64,000 bases of DNA from an uncultured Planctomycetota bacterium (GTDB lineage: Bacteria; Planctomycetota; Planctomycetia; Gemmatales; Gemmataceae), in contig CAWKHF010000012.1 in assembly GCA_963849325.1 (NCBI GenBank), positions 128,001-192,000 of the forward strand, given 5' to 3'. The notes under the pieces are model-generated. The model saw only the letters and a list, made by a program, of their open reading frames with translations. It ran no database searches and was not told the origin of the DNA. Position 1 is the first letter of the stretch; each line of letters starts with the position of its first letter. The position numbers and the translations under genes are program-made. Positions 1-12,453 of this stretch are shown in pieces.

Positions 1-1678
<1,678 letters not shown>

Positions 1679-1682
<4 letters not shown>

Positions 1683-2044
1683 ACGATCCAACGACCATGA
1701 GCGAAATGCAACCTTCCGCAACTGCCCCGCCTTCTCGACGCCGGCCGATCCTGCGTTTCCTCCGCCGCCGTTTGCAGGGCTGGCGGCTGCGCCATCAATT
1801 GCCGTTCAACTTCGCCATTCACCTCCTTGGCATCCCCCTGGCCGTCATCGGCGTCGTCTTGCTGTTCTTCTGGCCTTGGTACTGGGGCGTCGGCGCTCTC
1901 GTCCTCGGCTATCTGTTGCAGTGGATCGGCCATCTCGCCGAGGGCAACGATGTCGGCGAATGGGCGGCCGTCAAACGCCTGCTCGGCCTGCCCTACGTCG
2001 GCATCGCCCCGCGCTGGAACCCGGAAGACCCAGATCGGCTGTGA
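1679..2044 (+). CDS. DUF962/Mpo1-like membrane protein
   Basis: RHQLPFNFAIHLLGIP and GYLLQWIGHLAEGN motifs. GTG start overlaps the argS stop; alternative ATG at 1697. Confidence 0.75.
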
Positions 2045-2054
2045 AAACTCGTGT

Positions 2055-2119
2055 CGTTTAGCCGCGACGCGCAGCGGAGCGCGGCCGTCCCGCGCTCCGC
2101 TGCGCGTCGCGGCTAAACG
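2055..2119. repeat. REP/REPIN-like palindrome, family A copy 1
   Basis: GTTTAGCCGCGACGCGCAGCGGAGCGCGG, short loop, then its reverse complement. Same arms at 17076 and 61091. Confidence 0.9.
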
Positions 2120-2413
2120 GAATGCGGCTTTTGGATTCTCCGTGTCTTCCCTGGGCCGCGCCGTCGCCCAGGCTTTTCCTTCTCCCAATCGCCCCCTTTG
2201 CCGCAGCGGAGCCAGCCGTATCGATTCAATCGGCACAGCCGGCAAAACTCCCCTGGATGTTACGACCGTCATTGCCGATATAGCCTTTACCTGTCCGATT
2301 CCATGCTCACCGAACCGGCGATGGCGCGTGGCGAGGGCTGCCCACTCGTCGCCTGGGTCTGCACAAGCACCGTTCGGCCGGGCCGGGTGGAGTGGTTCAA
2401 CGGGGACAAGACT

Positions 2414-4971
2414 ATGGGCTGGAAGTCATCGTTCGGTGGGCTGACACTGCTGCTGACCATCCTGGTCGGCTGCAAGGGGCGCGTTTTCCTCACCGAAGAC
2501 CAGGCCAACATCTACAAGGGCATGGTGCCGGCCAACCTGGATCAGAACCCCAACGTGGGAGCCAATCCGACCATCCCCATGGTCGGCGCGCCGCCGACGT
2601 TGTATAACCTCGAACGCCAGATTCGCTACCTGTCGCTGGCCGAGGCCGTCTCCATCGCCCTGGAACAGGGCACCGTCGGCCAGCCGAGCTTGCTCTTCCC
2701 CGGCATCGGCCTGGACAACCTGATCGCGGCGCCGCAGGGTTCGGCGCCGAGCGGCTCGGACTCCATCCGCGTGCTGGCCATGGACCCGGCGACGACGGCG
2801 GCCAACATCGACGCCTCGCTGGCCAAGTTCGACGCCGTGGTTGGCAGCAGCATGATCTGGAACACCACCGATCAGCCCATCGCCTCGGCCTTGCAGAACC
2901 TGCAGGCCGGCGGCTCGACCAGCGGCATCAACGCCATCGTCCAGGAACAGGCCCAGTTCCAGAGCGGCATCTACAAGCCGTTGCCGACCGGCGGTGTGGC
3001 CGGCATCACCTTCACGGTGCCGTACACGTTCACGAACCTGCCGGCCCGCATCAACCCGTCCTATCAGCCGTCGTTGCAATTTCAATTTGAGCAACCTCTG
3101 TTGCAGGGCTTCGGCGTCGAGATCAACCAGCTGCGCGCCTTCCACCCCGGTTCGATCATCCCCTTCTCGCCGCCCAACAGCTTGACGGGTCCGCCGGCGG
3201 CGCAGTATCTGCCGGTCGGCTTCAACAACACCTCCGGCGTCGGCCTGGGCGTGCCGCCGGGCATCCTGATCGCCCGCATCCGCTTCAACCAGAACCGGGC
3301 CGAATTCGAGCGCAACGTCAACCAGATGCTGCTCAACGTCGAGAACGCCTACTGGAACCTGTTCGGCTCGTACTGGCAGCTGTACAGCCGCGAGCAGGGT
3401 CTGCGCTTCGCCTACGAGGCGTGGAAGATCGTCGGCGCCAAGTACAAGGTCGGCCGCGTCAGTCTCGCCGATTTCGCCCAGGCCGAGGGCCAGTACAACC
3501 TGTTCCGCAGTCAGCGCCTGCAGGCCATCGATACGGTGCTGGACAACGAACGTCAGCTGCGGGCCATCATGGGCATGCAGATCGAGGACGGCACGCGCCT
3601 GGTGCCCAGCGATGCGCCGACGCTGGCCGAGTATCGTCCCAACTGGGAGACCGCCCTGGTGGAGGCGCTGCAAAATCGTCCCGAGTTGTACATGGCCCGC
3701 CAGGACGTCAAGGTGGCGCAGTTGCAACGTCCAGTTGGCCAAGAACTATCTGCTGCCCGACCTGCGCAGCTACGCCCTGTACGACGCCAACTCCATCGGC
3801 ACTCAGCTGGACAGCTCGACCTCCAACAACGCCGGCAACGCCTTCCGCAACCTGGCCTCCAACACGTTCAACGATTGGACGATTGGCCTGCGCCTGGCGA
3901 TGCCGCTGGGCTTCCGCTTCGCCCATGCGCAGTTGCGCCAGGCCCAGCTGCAGCTGGCTCGCGCCTTCTTCGTGCTGCAGGATCAGGAGCTGAAGGCCGA
4001 GCGTTTCCTGGGTCTGTACTATCGCCGCATGTCGTCGGGCTACGCCCAGATCAAGGCGGCCCGCGCCCAGCGCGAGGCGTTCGCCACGCAGTTGCAGCGT
4101 CCGCTACGAGAAATACCGGGCCGGAGCCCAGGACGCGACCCTGGACCTGCTGTTGGAGGCGCAGCGCTTCTGGGCCGACGCCCTGGCCACCGAGTACCAG
4201 GCCATCGTCACCTACAACAACGCCATCGCCGGCTTCGAGTACGCCAAGGGCACGATCTTGCAGCACGATAACGTGACCATCTCCGAAGGGCCGATCCCGG
4301 TCGCCGCCCAGAAGCGGGCCGTCGAGCACCTGCGCGAGCGGACCAAGGCCCTGGTGCTGCGCGAGCGTGCGGCGCCACCGGCGTGCTGGCGCAAGCCGTT
4401 GCAGTCGGGCGGGCCGGTCAACATGGTCCCGCAGATCAACGCCAGCTCGCTGCCGTCGATGTGGAAGGACATGCCGCCGCTCAAGGACGCCGAGGAGGCG
4501 CCGGCGACGTCGCAAATCGATCGGGAGCACGCCGACCAGTTACCCAAGCTCGTCGAGGAAACGCCGCAGCACGAGGTGTTCCCCGAGAGCGAGTTGCCCA
4601 GCGGGGCCAAGGCCCCGAGCGCCGGGCAGCCTGCGGCGCCGACGGCCACGCCGACTCCGGCTTCCAGCCGCCGCAAGACGCCGGCGCGGACGACCTCGAC
4701 CTTCGGTAGCCTGCGTCCGCCGGAGCAACCGACGCCGGTCCTTCCGGCCGCGCCACCGGCTTCGGGGACGCCCTCGGTCCCGACAACGGTGCCGATGTCG
4801 GCCACGCCGACGGCCCCGCTGACGACCGGTATCCCGCCAACGTCTCCGAGTGCGGCGACGCCGGCCATCCCGACAACACCGCCCGCTGCCGCGACGCCGA
4901 TGGCACCAATGATGCCCCTGGCGACAACGCCACCGGCGGCGACAACCCAACCGCTCTTGCCTCTGCAATAA
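2414..4971 (+). CDS. TolC-family outer-membrane efflux protein with lipobox and Pro/Thr/Ala-rich tail (frameshifted)
   Basis: LLLTILVGC lipobox, LSLAEAVSIALE, QPLLQGFG, VENAYWNL, ALQNRPEL and DLLLEAQR. Frames join near 3730 and 4100. Confidence 0.85.
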
Positions 4972-4998
4972 GGGAGGGCGGCGCAGCTCCAGAAGCCT

Positions 4999-5071
4999 CC
5001 GAGCCTGAAGCGTAAGCGAAGAGCGCGATAATCTTCGGTTATCGCGCTCTTCGCTTACGCTTCAGGCTCGG
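4999..5071. repeat. Palindrome family B copy 1 (between convergent genes)
   Basis: CCGAGCCTGAAGCGTAAGCGAAGAG...CTCTTCGCTTACGCTTCAGGCTCGG. Recurs at 9748 and 56694. Confidence 0.9.
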
Positions 5072-5092
5072 TGGCGTGCGGTTCTATTGCAT

Positions 5093-5914
5093 TTACGTCC
5101 ACTCGTCATCGCCCCAGTGCCGGCGGCGCTCGTTCTCCGCTTGCAGGGCCAGGAAACTGCTGACGCAGAACATGGCGAAGAACAGGGCCATGAACATGTC
5201 GCCCGATTGAAACAGCGGCAGCCGCAAGAGCATCTCACCATGAAAGAGTTTGATGCTCAGGACGCCGGATTCCAGGAAGGGCAGATGGATGAGCGGACGG
5301 CCCTTCGAGGCCATCAATTCGTGGGCGGCGAGAAACCCCGATACGACCAAGGACATCCCCAGCGAGACGGCGGTCCCCCGGACGCGCATCAGTCCCTGGC
5401 ACACTTCCCGACTGATCTGGCCGCCATCGAGCGGCCAGATCGGCAACAGATTCAGCAACGGCCACAGCAGGTTGATCTCGAACAGCATGGACCAGACCAG
5501 CGCGGCGGAGCGGCGCGAGGCCGGCGGAATGAGAGCGGCCGGCCAGTCCTTGCACAACCAGATGACGGCCAGCAACACCAACTGAATGAGCGGTCCCGCG
5601 AAGGACACGAGGATGCGCTGGCCGCGCCGGTTGAGTCGATTGCTGCCGATGGCCAGCCCCCCGAAGCTGTACAGCACGATGTGACCGGCCGAGCCAAACA
5701 GACGCCCCATCCAGACGTGCCCGAACTCGTGCAGCAGGACGGAGACGAACACGCAAGCCACCCAGGCCAATACGAAGCCGATGCCTTCGCGGATGGTACT
5801 GTCATATCCCAGGATGACACTCACGAGCCAGAACATCGGATGGACGCGCACCGGCGTACCGAACATGCGCCAGCGCAGGTCGTAGCGCGTCTCGTCTGGT
5901 TCGAGCAGAAACAC
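5093..5914 (-). CDS. Site-2 protease family (M50) membrane metalloprotease
   Basis: HEFGH zinc motif, VSFAGP, NLLPIWPLDGG and several hydrophobic segments. Probable GTG start. Confidence 0.92.
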   Translation of the reverse strand: MFLLEPDETRYDLRWRMFGTPVRVHPMFWLVSVILGYDSTIREGIGFVLAWVACVFVSVLLHEFGHVWMGRLFGSAGHIVLYSFGGLAIGSNRLNRRGQRILVSFAGPLIQLVLLAVIWLCKDWPAALIPPASRRSAALVWSMLFEINLLWPLLNLLPIWPLDGGQISREVCQGLMRVRGTAVSLGMSLVVSGFLAAHELMASKGRPLIHLPFLESGVLSIKLFHGEMLLRLPLFQSGDMFMALFFAMFCVSSFLALQAENERRRHWGDDEWT

Positions 5915-6049
5915 GGCGGCGACCCTTCGAGGAGGGGATCGTGGACTCGCTGCTGATTGTCGAGCCGCGCCGCGGGATCGGCAAGAGCAATCCGCTGCCG
6001 GCGCGATTTGCGTCGCCAAGTCGAGCTGGCCCCTTTACAATCCCTGGAC

Positions 6050-7181
6050 ATGGACTGGACCGAGCTGCGCCGCGAATGCCCCGTGACCCAGCGATGGGCG
6101 TACTTCGATCACGCCGCCGTCGCTCCGCTGACCGAGCGCGCGCGGCGAACGCTGGTCGAATGGGCCGCCGACCTCGCCGACAACGGCGTCGTCCACGATT
6201 CCGCTCGCGTCCGCCGCGTCGAGGAGGTGCGCCGGCAGGCTGGCCAGCTTACTCCACGCCGATCCGCTCGACATCGCCTTCGTCAAGAACACCAGCGAGG
6301 GCGTCGGCATCGTCGCCGAGGGACTGCCCTGGCAGCCCGGCGACAACGTGGTGACAGCGGAGGACGAGTATCCCGCCAACCTCTACCCGTGGATGAACCT
6401 CGCCGGCCGCGGCGTCGAGCTGCGGCGCGTGCCGAGCCGCGAGGGCCGCATCCTCCTCGACGACCTCCGCGCCGCCATCGACGGCCGCACGCGCCTGGTC
6501 AGCCTCAGCTTCGTCGAGTACGCCAGCGGCTTCCGCAACGACCTGGACGCGGTCGGCGAACTGTGCCGCGAGAAGGGCGTGCTGTTTTTCGTCGATGCCA
6601 TCCAGGGTCTGGGCGTGCTGCCGCTCGACGTGCAGCGGACGCCGATCGACTTCCTCGCCGCCGACGGGCACAAGTGGCTGCTCGGTCCCGAGGGGGCCGG
6701 CCTGTTCTGGGTCCGCCGCGAGTTGGTCGAGCAACTGCATCCCGTCGGCGTCGGCTGGAACAGCGTGGTCGACAGCCGAAACTTCGACCGCGTCGAGTTT
6801 CGCCTGAAGCCGCACGCCGGCCGCTGGGAGAGCGGCAGTCTCAACGTCGGCGGCATCCTCGCCCTGGGGGCCAGCCTGGAGCTGCTCCTGGCCGTCGGCA
6901 TCGAGGCGATCGCCGCGCGCGTCCTGGACCTGACCGATCATCTGTGCGAGCGGGCCGCACGGGCCGGCGTGGAGGTCTACAGCAGCCGGCGGCCGGGCGA
7001 GAAGTCGGGCATCGTCTCGCTGATGCGTCCGCGGCGACGTGCGCGGACGTGGTACGCCGCTGCCGCGATGCCGGGAGTCGTGGTCAACCAGCGGGCCGGC
7101 CGGCTGCGCGTCAGCCCGCACGCCTACAATACCGTCGAGGAGCTGGATCGTCTGGTCGCGCTGCTCGGAGCCTCGACATGA
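6050..7181 (+). CDS. Class V PLP aminotransferase / cysteine desulfurase-like (frameshifted)
   Basis: AYFDHAAVAPL, KNTSEG, FVDAIQGLG, DGHKWLLGPEG (PLP lysine) and LRVSPHAYNT. Confidence 0.9.
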
Positions 7182-7761
7182 CCCCGCCGCTCAGCCATCG
7201 CCTCGCCGTCTACACCGGCACCTTCGACCCCGTCCACCTCGGCCACCTCGACATCATCAGTCGCGGCAGCCGGATCTTCGACCGGCTCATCGTCGGCGTC
7301 GGCATCAACCCGGACAAGCAGCCGTTCTTCGACCACCAGGAGCGCGTCGAGCTGGTGCGGGCGGTCATCAAGCCGTATCCCAACGTGTCGGTGCGAGCCG
7401 TTCACCGGCCTGGCGGTGACGTTCGTGCGCGAGGTCGGCGCCCGCGTCATGCTCCGCGGTCTGCGCACGACCAGCGACATGGAGAACGAGTTCACCATGT
7501 CGCTGATGAACCTCAACCTCGATCCCGGAGATCGAGACGGTGTTCCTGATGGCCAAGGAAGCGTACTCGCACGTCAGCAGCACGCTGCTGCGCCAGATCG
7601 CCACGTTCGGCGGCCACCTCGACAAGTTCCTGCCGCCGGAGGTCAAGGACGCCCTGGAAGCGACGAGTGCGCCAACGGCGAGGAATAACTGCATCCCCAA
7701 CGCAGCGCTCCGGCTCGATATTCCCTCTGACACACGACCATTCGCCGTTAGCGGACGGTGA
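7178..7761 (+). CDS. coaD: Pantetheine-phosphate adenylyltransferase (frameshifted; 3' end uncertain, 7688-7761)
   Basis: AVYTGTFDPVHLGHLDII, RGLRTTSDMENEF and HVSSTLLRQIA. Confidence 0.93.
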
Positions 7762-8627
7762 CCAGGACAGAAGCTGTAGCGATGCAGCCAATCCCACGGA
7801 TTCCGGGCTATCAACTGTTGCAGCGCCTCGGCGGCGGGCCGATGACGGCCGTTTATTCCGCCCGCGCGATCGACGGCGACGCTCCCTGTGCGATCAAGGT
7901 GCTGCGCGAGGACTGGGATGATCCCGAGACGGGCGTCAAGTTGTTGCAGCGCGAGGCCCGCGCCGGCCTGGGCGTTCGCCACCCGCACCTGGTTCGCGTT
8001 CGACAGGCCCACGTCACGGCGCCGCCCTACTTCCTGGTGATGGAGCTGCTGCCGGGCGAGTCGCTGCGGCGCCGGCTGCGCCGCGACTTCCGCCTGCCGG
8101 TGTCCGAGGCGGTGTGGATCGTGCGGCAAATCACCGAAGCCCTGTCGGCGCTGCACGCGGCCGGCTTCCTCCACGGCGACATCAAGCCGGATAACGTCCG
8201 TCTCATCGACGACGGCACCGCCGTCCTCATCGACCTGGGTTTCGCACACCGGCCAGGCGAGAATGCCGCCTTCCTGCGGGCCGGCTACGTTCTGGGCACG
8301 GCCAACTACCTGGCGCCGGAGCAATGCGATCCGCTGCCGGCCGAGGACCTCAGCAGCGATCTGTTCAGCCTGGGAGTGATGTTTTTCGAGATGCTCACGG
8401 GCCGGCTGCCTTACCCGCCCGGCTCGCTGCGGCAGACGTTCCGACGTCACCGCTGCGATCCCCCCGCCGACATCCGCCGCAGCGTCGCCAATCTGCCGGC
8501 CGCGCTCGTCACGCTCCTGGAGCGTTTGCTGGCCCATCGAGCGGAGGACCGGCCGCGAACCGCCGCCGTCGTGCAGCAGCTCGTGCGGTTGGAAATCGCC
8601 ACCCTCAAACGACGCCGCTCGGCCTGA
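7758..8627 (+). CDS. Hanks-type Ser/Thr protein kinase (kinase domain only)
   Basis: LGGGPMTAVY, AIKVL, HPHLV, HGDIKPDN, IDLG, GTANYLAPEQ and DLFSLGV. Confidence 0.92.
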   Translation: MTRTEAVAMQPIPRIPGYQLLQRLGGGPMTAVYSARAIDGDAPCAIKVLREDWDDPETGVKLLQREARAGLGVRHPHLVRVRQAHVTAPPYFLVMELLPGESLRRRLRRDFRLPVSEAVWIVRQITEALSALHAAGFLHGDIKPDNVRLIDDGTAVLIDLGFAHRPGENAAFLRAGYVLGTANYLAPEQCDPLPAEDLSSDLFSLGVMFFEMLTGRLPYPPGSLRQTFRRHRCDPPADIRRSVANLPAALVTLLERLLAHRAEDRPRTAAVVQQLVRLEIATLKRRRSA

Positions 8628-8638
8628 ACGCGCCGTTC

Positions 8639-9151
8639 TCAGGTCAACCCCTCGTCGGTGTGCAGGTCGTTTTCCGTGAACAGCGTGAAGCCCAGGCGCG
8701 ACAGCGTGCTGGCCGCCGTCTCGTGGTCCTCGACGTGCAGGGCGACGGCCGCCCGACCGTGCGGCCCAATCAGCAGCGGATAGGCGTAGTGAATGCTGAT
8801 CTCCGCTCCCAACAGCGCCTTGCAGATGTCCAGCAGCGGTTGATCGCCCTCGGGCAGCTGCACGACGAGCAGATCGCTCTCGGTAATGGGCAGCCGGGCG
8901 CGACGGAAGATTTCCAGGGCGCGCTCGGGGTCGCTCAGCACCATGCGGATGATGGCGCAGTCGGCGGAATCGTTGACGGTCAGCGAGACAATGCGGATGT
9001 CGGTGGTCTCGAAATGACGAACCACCGACAACAGGTTGCCCACGCGGTTTTCGACGAACACATTGAATTGACGCACGCTCGGCCAATCGCGTCCGCGCGC
9101 CGTTGCGAAGGGAGTGGTCGAGCCGGTATCCTCGCCTTGCCCGTGGCTCAT
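8639..9151 (-). CDS. Double ACT-domain amino-acid-binding protein
   Basis: QFNVFVENRVGNL, DSADCAIIRMVLSDPERA and ISIHYAYPLL fit two ACT repeats. Confidence 0.8.
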   Translation of the reverse strand: MSHGQGEDTGSTTPFATARGRDWPSVRQFNVFVENRVGNLLSVVRHFETTDIRIVSLTVNDSADCAIIRMVLSDPERALEIFRRARLPITESDLLVVQLPEGDQPLLDICKALLGAEISIHYAYPLLIGPHGRAAVALHVEDHETAASTLSRLGFTLFTENDLHTDEGLT

Positions 9152-9223
9152 GGCGTACCTCTTTGGGTTGAAGACGGTTTGTAGTGTACGCCAGCAGACG
9201 CGCGAGCGTCAATTGCGCCTCAC

Positions 9224-9733
9224 TCACGCTCCGGCGCGCAGACGGCACATCGTCACGCGGTTGCCGAGGTCGTTGAAGCGCACCCACGTCATGTAGGTGC
9301 GCATCAGCAGCAGTCCGCGGCCGTGCGGCCGCTCCAGGTTCTCCGGGTTAAGCGGATCGGGCACGTCTGCCGGGTTGAAGCCCGGCCCCTGGTCCTCGAT
9401 CTCGGCGACGACGCAGGCCGGCGTGACGTGATAGCGGAGGTGGACCTGCTTGTTCGGATCGCCCCGGTGTCCGTGCTTGATGGCGTTGACCAGCGCTTCT
9501 TCCAGGGCCAGCCGCACGCCGAACGCTTCCTTGTGCGAGTACCCCGCGCTGTCCAAGGCGGCGACGATGTCCTCGATGATCGGGACAATCTCGTTCGGAG
9601 CGCGCAACGTCCGCGCACGCCAGTCCTCCGGTCCACGCGGATGATCGGCTTCGCGCGGGCAGACCTCCAACGGAGAATGAACCAAAACAACCTCCCTCGT
9701 CCGGCTGACGAATCGATGGGCGAATGGTTTCAT
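9224..9733 (-). CDS. RsbW-like anti-sigma factor (HATPase_c_2)
   Basis: LALEEALVNAIKHG (N box), IEDQGPGF, HGRGLLLMRTYM and GNRVTM. Confidence 0.9.
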   Translation of the reverse strand: MKPFAHRFVSRTREVVLVHSPLEVCPREADHPRGPEDWRARTLRAPNEIVPIIEDIVAALDSAGYSHKEAFGVRLALEEALVNAIKHGHRGDPNKQVHLRYHVTPACVVAEIEDQGPGFNPADVPDPLNPENLERPHGRGLLLMRTYMTWVRFNDLGNRVTMCRLRAGA

Positions 9734-9747
9734 TCCAGACAATCTTT

Positions 9748-9800
9748 CGGAGCCGGAAGCGTAAGCGAAGAGATTCTCTTCGCTTACGCTTCCGGCTCGG
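9748..9800. repeat. Palindrome family B copy 2 (between divergent genes)
   Basis: GAGCCGGAAGCGTAAGCGAAGAGA-T-TCTCTTCGCTTACGCTTCCGGCTC. Confidence 0.88.
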
Positions 9801-9939
9801 AGAGACGGCGTTCGCTGAAGCTGATCCATTCGACTAGCATTTCCCGTGCCAACTCCGTGGCGGCGCTGACAGGAGAGCGATGGAGTGCTAGACTCAGCTA
9901 CAGGGCCGCCCCGTCCTTGAGCCATTGGCTGTATCCATC

Positions 9940-11226
9940 ATGCAAAACGAACCCAACACAGCCCAGACGCCTTTCCAGATCAACGTCGCCGACCGCGTCA
10001 AGCGACTGCCCCCCTATCTATTCGGCAAAATCAACGAGCTGAAATACCGCAAGCGCCGCGCCGGCGTGGACATCATCGACCTGGGCATGGGCAATCCCAC
10101 CGACGTGCCCGACCCGCAAGTGATCGACAAGCTCTGCGAGGCCGCCCACGACGAGCGCAACCACCGCTATTCCGTCAGCAACGGCCTGCACAACCTACGC
10201 CGGGAGGTGGCCCTTCGCTATGCCCGCCGTCATGGGGTGCAGCTCGACCCCGATACGGAAGTCCTGGCCGGCCTCGGCTCCAAGGAAGTGTTCAGCCACA
10301 TGTGCCTCGCTCTGCTCGGTCCCGGCGATACCGCCATCGTGCCCGCGCCGTCGTTTCCCATCCACGTCTACGCCGTCGCCCTGGCCTCCGGCAACGTCAT
10401 CAGCCTGGACTGCACGCAGCCCGACCGCTTTCTCAGCCAATGTCGCCGTCGTCGCCGAGCACCTGTACCCGCGGCCCAAAGTGCTCGATCCTCAATTATC
10501 CGCACAACCCGAGCACGACGGTCGTCGAGCGCGACTTCTTCGTGGACGTGGTCGCCCTGGCCCGGCGCTTCGGCTTCATGGTCATCCACGACTTCGCCTA
10601 CGGCGACGTCTGCTTCGACGGCTACCGGGCGCCGAGCTTCCTGAGCGTGCCGGGCGCCAAGGAAGTCGGCGTCGAGACGACGACCATGAGCAAGGGCTAC
10701 AACATGGCCGGCTGGCGCCTGGGCTTCTGCGCCGGCAATGCCGAGATGGTGCGCGCCCTGGCCACCATCAAGGGCTATTACGATTACGGCATCTTCCAGC
10801 CGATCCAGATCGCCGGCATCGTCGCCCTGCGCCACGGCGACGACCTGGTCGATCGGCAGGCGCTGGAGTACCAGAAGCGGCGCGACGTGCTGGTGGACGG
10901 CCTGCGACGCATCGGCTGGGAGGTGGAGCCGCCGAAGGCGAGCATGTTCGTCTGGGCGCGCTACCCGCGAGGAGTGGCGCGAGCGCATGGGGTCGATCGA
11001 CTTCGCCATGAAGCTGATGGAGGAGGCGGAGGTCGCGGTCAGTCCCGGCCGCGGCTTCGGCGACGCCGGCGAGGGCTACCTGCGCCTGGCCCTGGTCGAG
11101 AACGAGCATCGTCTGCGTCAGGCGGTGCGCCAGATCGCCCGCTGCCTGCGCAGCGAAGTATCCACACCGGGCGAGCGGTGCGTAATCCACCGCTCGCCCG
11201 TTTTATGGCGGTTGGGGACTGTGTGA
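9940..11226 (+). CDS. Class I/II PLP aminotransferase (AlaC / LL-DAP aminotransferase-like; frameshifted, end approximate)
   Basis: [42 protein letters not shown] and [12 protein letters not shown]. Confidence 0.9.
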
Positions 11227-11360
11227 ACCGAACTTCATGTTGTCGCCGCGGAGGTCTTTGAGCGCCTCGTGCCACTGCCTTTTGTCTTCGGCGGTGCAGC
11301 CGAGTCCCACGAACAAGAGCAGAGACAGACCGACCGCGAGGCGCGCCACAGGCGTCTCAT
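11203..11360 (-). CDS. Very small lipoprotein (probable frameshift near start)
   Basis: [15 protein letters not shown] lipobox followed by [24 protein letters not shown] at 11360 overlaps the upstream gene's TGA. Confidence 0.55.
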
Positions 11361-11758
11361 CGCCCCTCCCTCCTCTCGGCGTCGTTGGAATCCGGCGCGG
11401 CCAGCAGTTGAAGGACCATCGGCCAGAACGTCTCATCCGCTCCCCGGTCCCACTGGAGGCGAACGAGGGTCTTCTCCTCGCCTCGCACCGTCTGCCCGTA
11501 CAGATGCAGACAAAAGACCTTTTGCGACTTCGTCATGCCGGCCAGGCGCAGGTCCGAACCCACGCGCTTCGAGAGCACGGAGATGCCGGCGTCGCTCAGC
11601 CCTTGCTGGATTTGTTCGGCCACCTGATCGACGGAGCCGGCGACGACCTGCCTCGATCCAGCCAAGCCGGAAGAGGGCGTCAGGAACGAATCGAGCGTAC
11701 ATCCGGCCACGGCGACCAGCAGCGCGCCGGCGCCGGCCATCCCCAGGTAACGAGACAT
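11357..11758 (-). CDS. Hypothetical lipoprotein
   Basis: MSRYLGMAGAGALLVAVAGC lipobox; GGAGG-like RBS upstream. Confidence 0.7.
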   Translation of the reverse strand: MSRYLGMAGAGALLVAVAGCTLDSFLTPSSGLAGSRQVVAGSVDQVAEQIQQGLSDAGISVLSKRVGSDLRLAGMTKSQKVFCLHLYGQTVRGEEKTLVRLQWDRGADETFWPMVLQLLAAPDSNDAERREGR

Positions 11759-11858
11759 GGCTCCGCCCTCCACGGTCGAGCGAGATTCGGAAGGAATGGG
11801 CGGCAACGATAGCGAGAGTGGAGGACTCGTGCAAGGGCAATTGTCCGGCATTCCGCCG

Positions 11859-12215
11859 TTATCGAGGGCCACCCCCGCGAACCGGGTTGGTCTCGCCGGG
11901 CGGTGGCGGCGCCGGGGGCATTCCCGCGTTTTGGCCCTTCTGGAGCACCCAGGTGTCTTGTCGGCCACAGAGGGTCAACGGCAGAGTAAGCGTGTCGCCA
12001 ACCAGGCTCAACGGTTTGTCCAGCAACCACAGCGGCCAGAAGAGGATCGCGCCGCGCTCGCCGCCCGGCCCGCCGCCGAAGAAGTCCTCGACGGGCATGG
12101 TGAAACCGCCGTAAGGCTTGCGCAAGTCGTTGTCTTGCACGTTGAGCGCCGTCGCGCAGCCGCTTACGGCAATCGCCATCCCCAGGGCCGCCGGGAAGAA
12201 GAGCATCCGCCGCAC
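11859..12215 (-). CDS. YceK/YidQ (DUF1375)-family lipoprotein
   Basis: IAVSGCAT lipobox, PYGG and LDKPLSLVGDTLTLP motif. Confidence 0.8.
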   Translation of the reverse strand: MRRMLFFPAALGMAIAVSGCATALNVQDNDLRKPYGGFTMPVEDFFGGGPGGERGAILFWPLWLLDKPLSLVGDTLTLPLTLCGRQDTWVLQKGQNAGMPPAPPPPGETNPVRGGGPR

Positions 12216-12305
12216 GGATACACCGCCTTTGCTGTCGGCGAGAAGGAATGCCTTCCTATGCCGCTCTCGATACGCCCTGTCAAGTCGAGCTGTTATCCGG
12301 ATAAA

Positions 12306-12347
12306 CCGAAGCGTGGACGTCCCGCCTGCGGGACGCCCACGCTTCGG
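12306..12347. repeat. Intergenic hairpin
   Basis: CCGAAGCGTGGACGTCCCGC / GCGGGACGCCCACGCTTCGG, near-perfect inverted repeat. Confidence 0.7.
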
Positions 12348-12453
12348 AGCGCGGCACGCGAGTTGCAATGATTTTTTCCTGCGGTCGTTCGCTGCGAAGG
12401 CGAAGAAGTATTCCGCATCGCCCGCCGTGTAGGATTCGGAAGAGGGATTTGCC

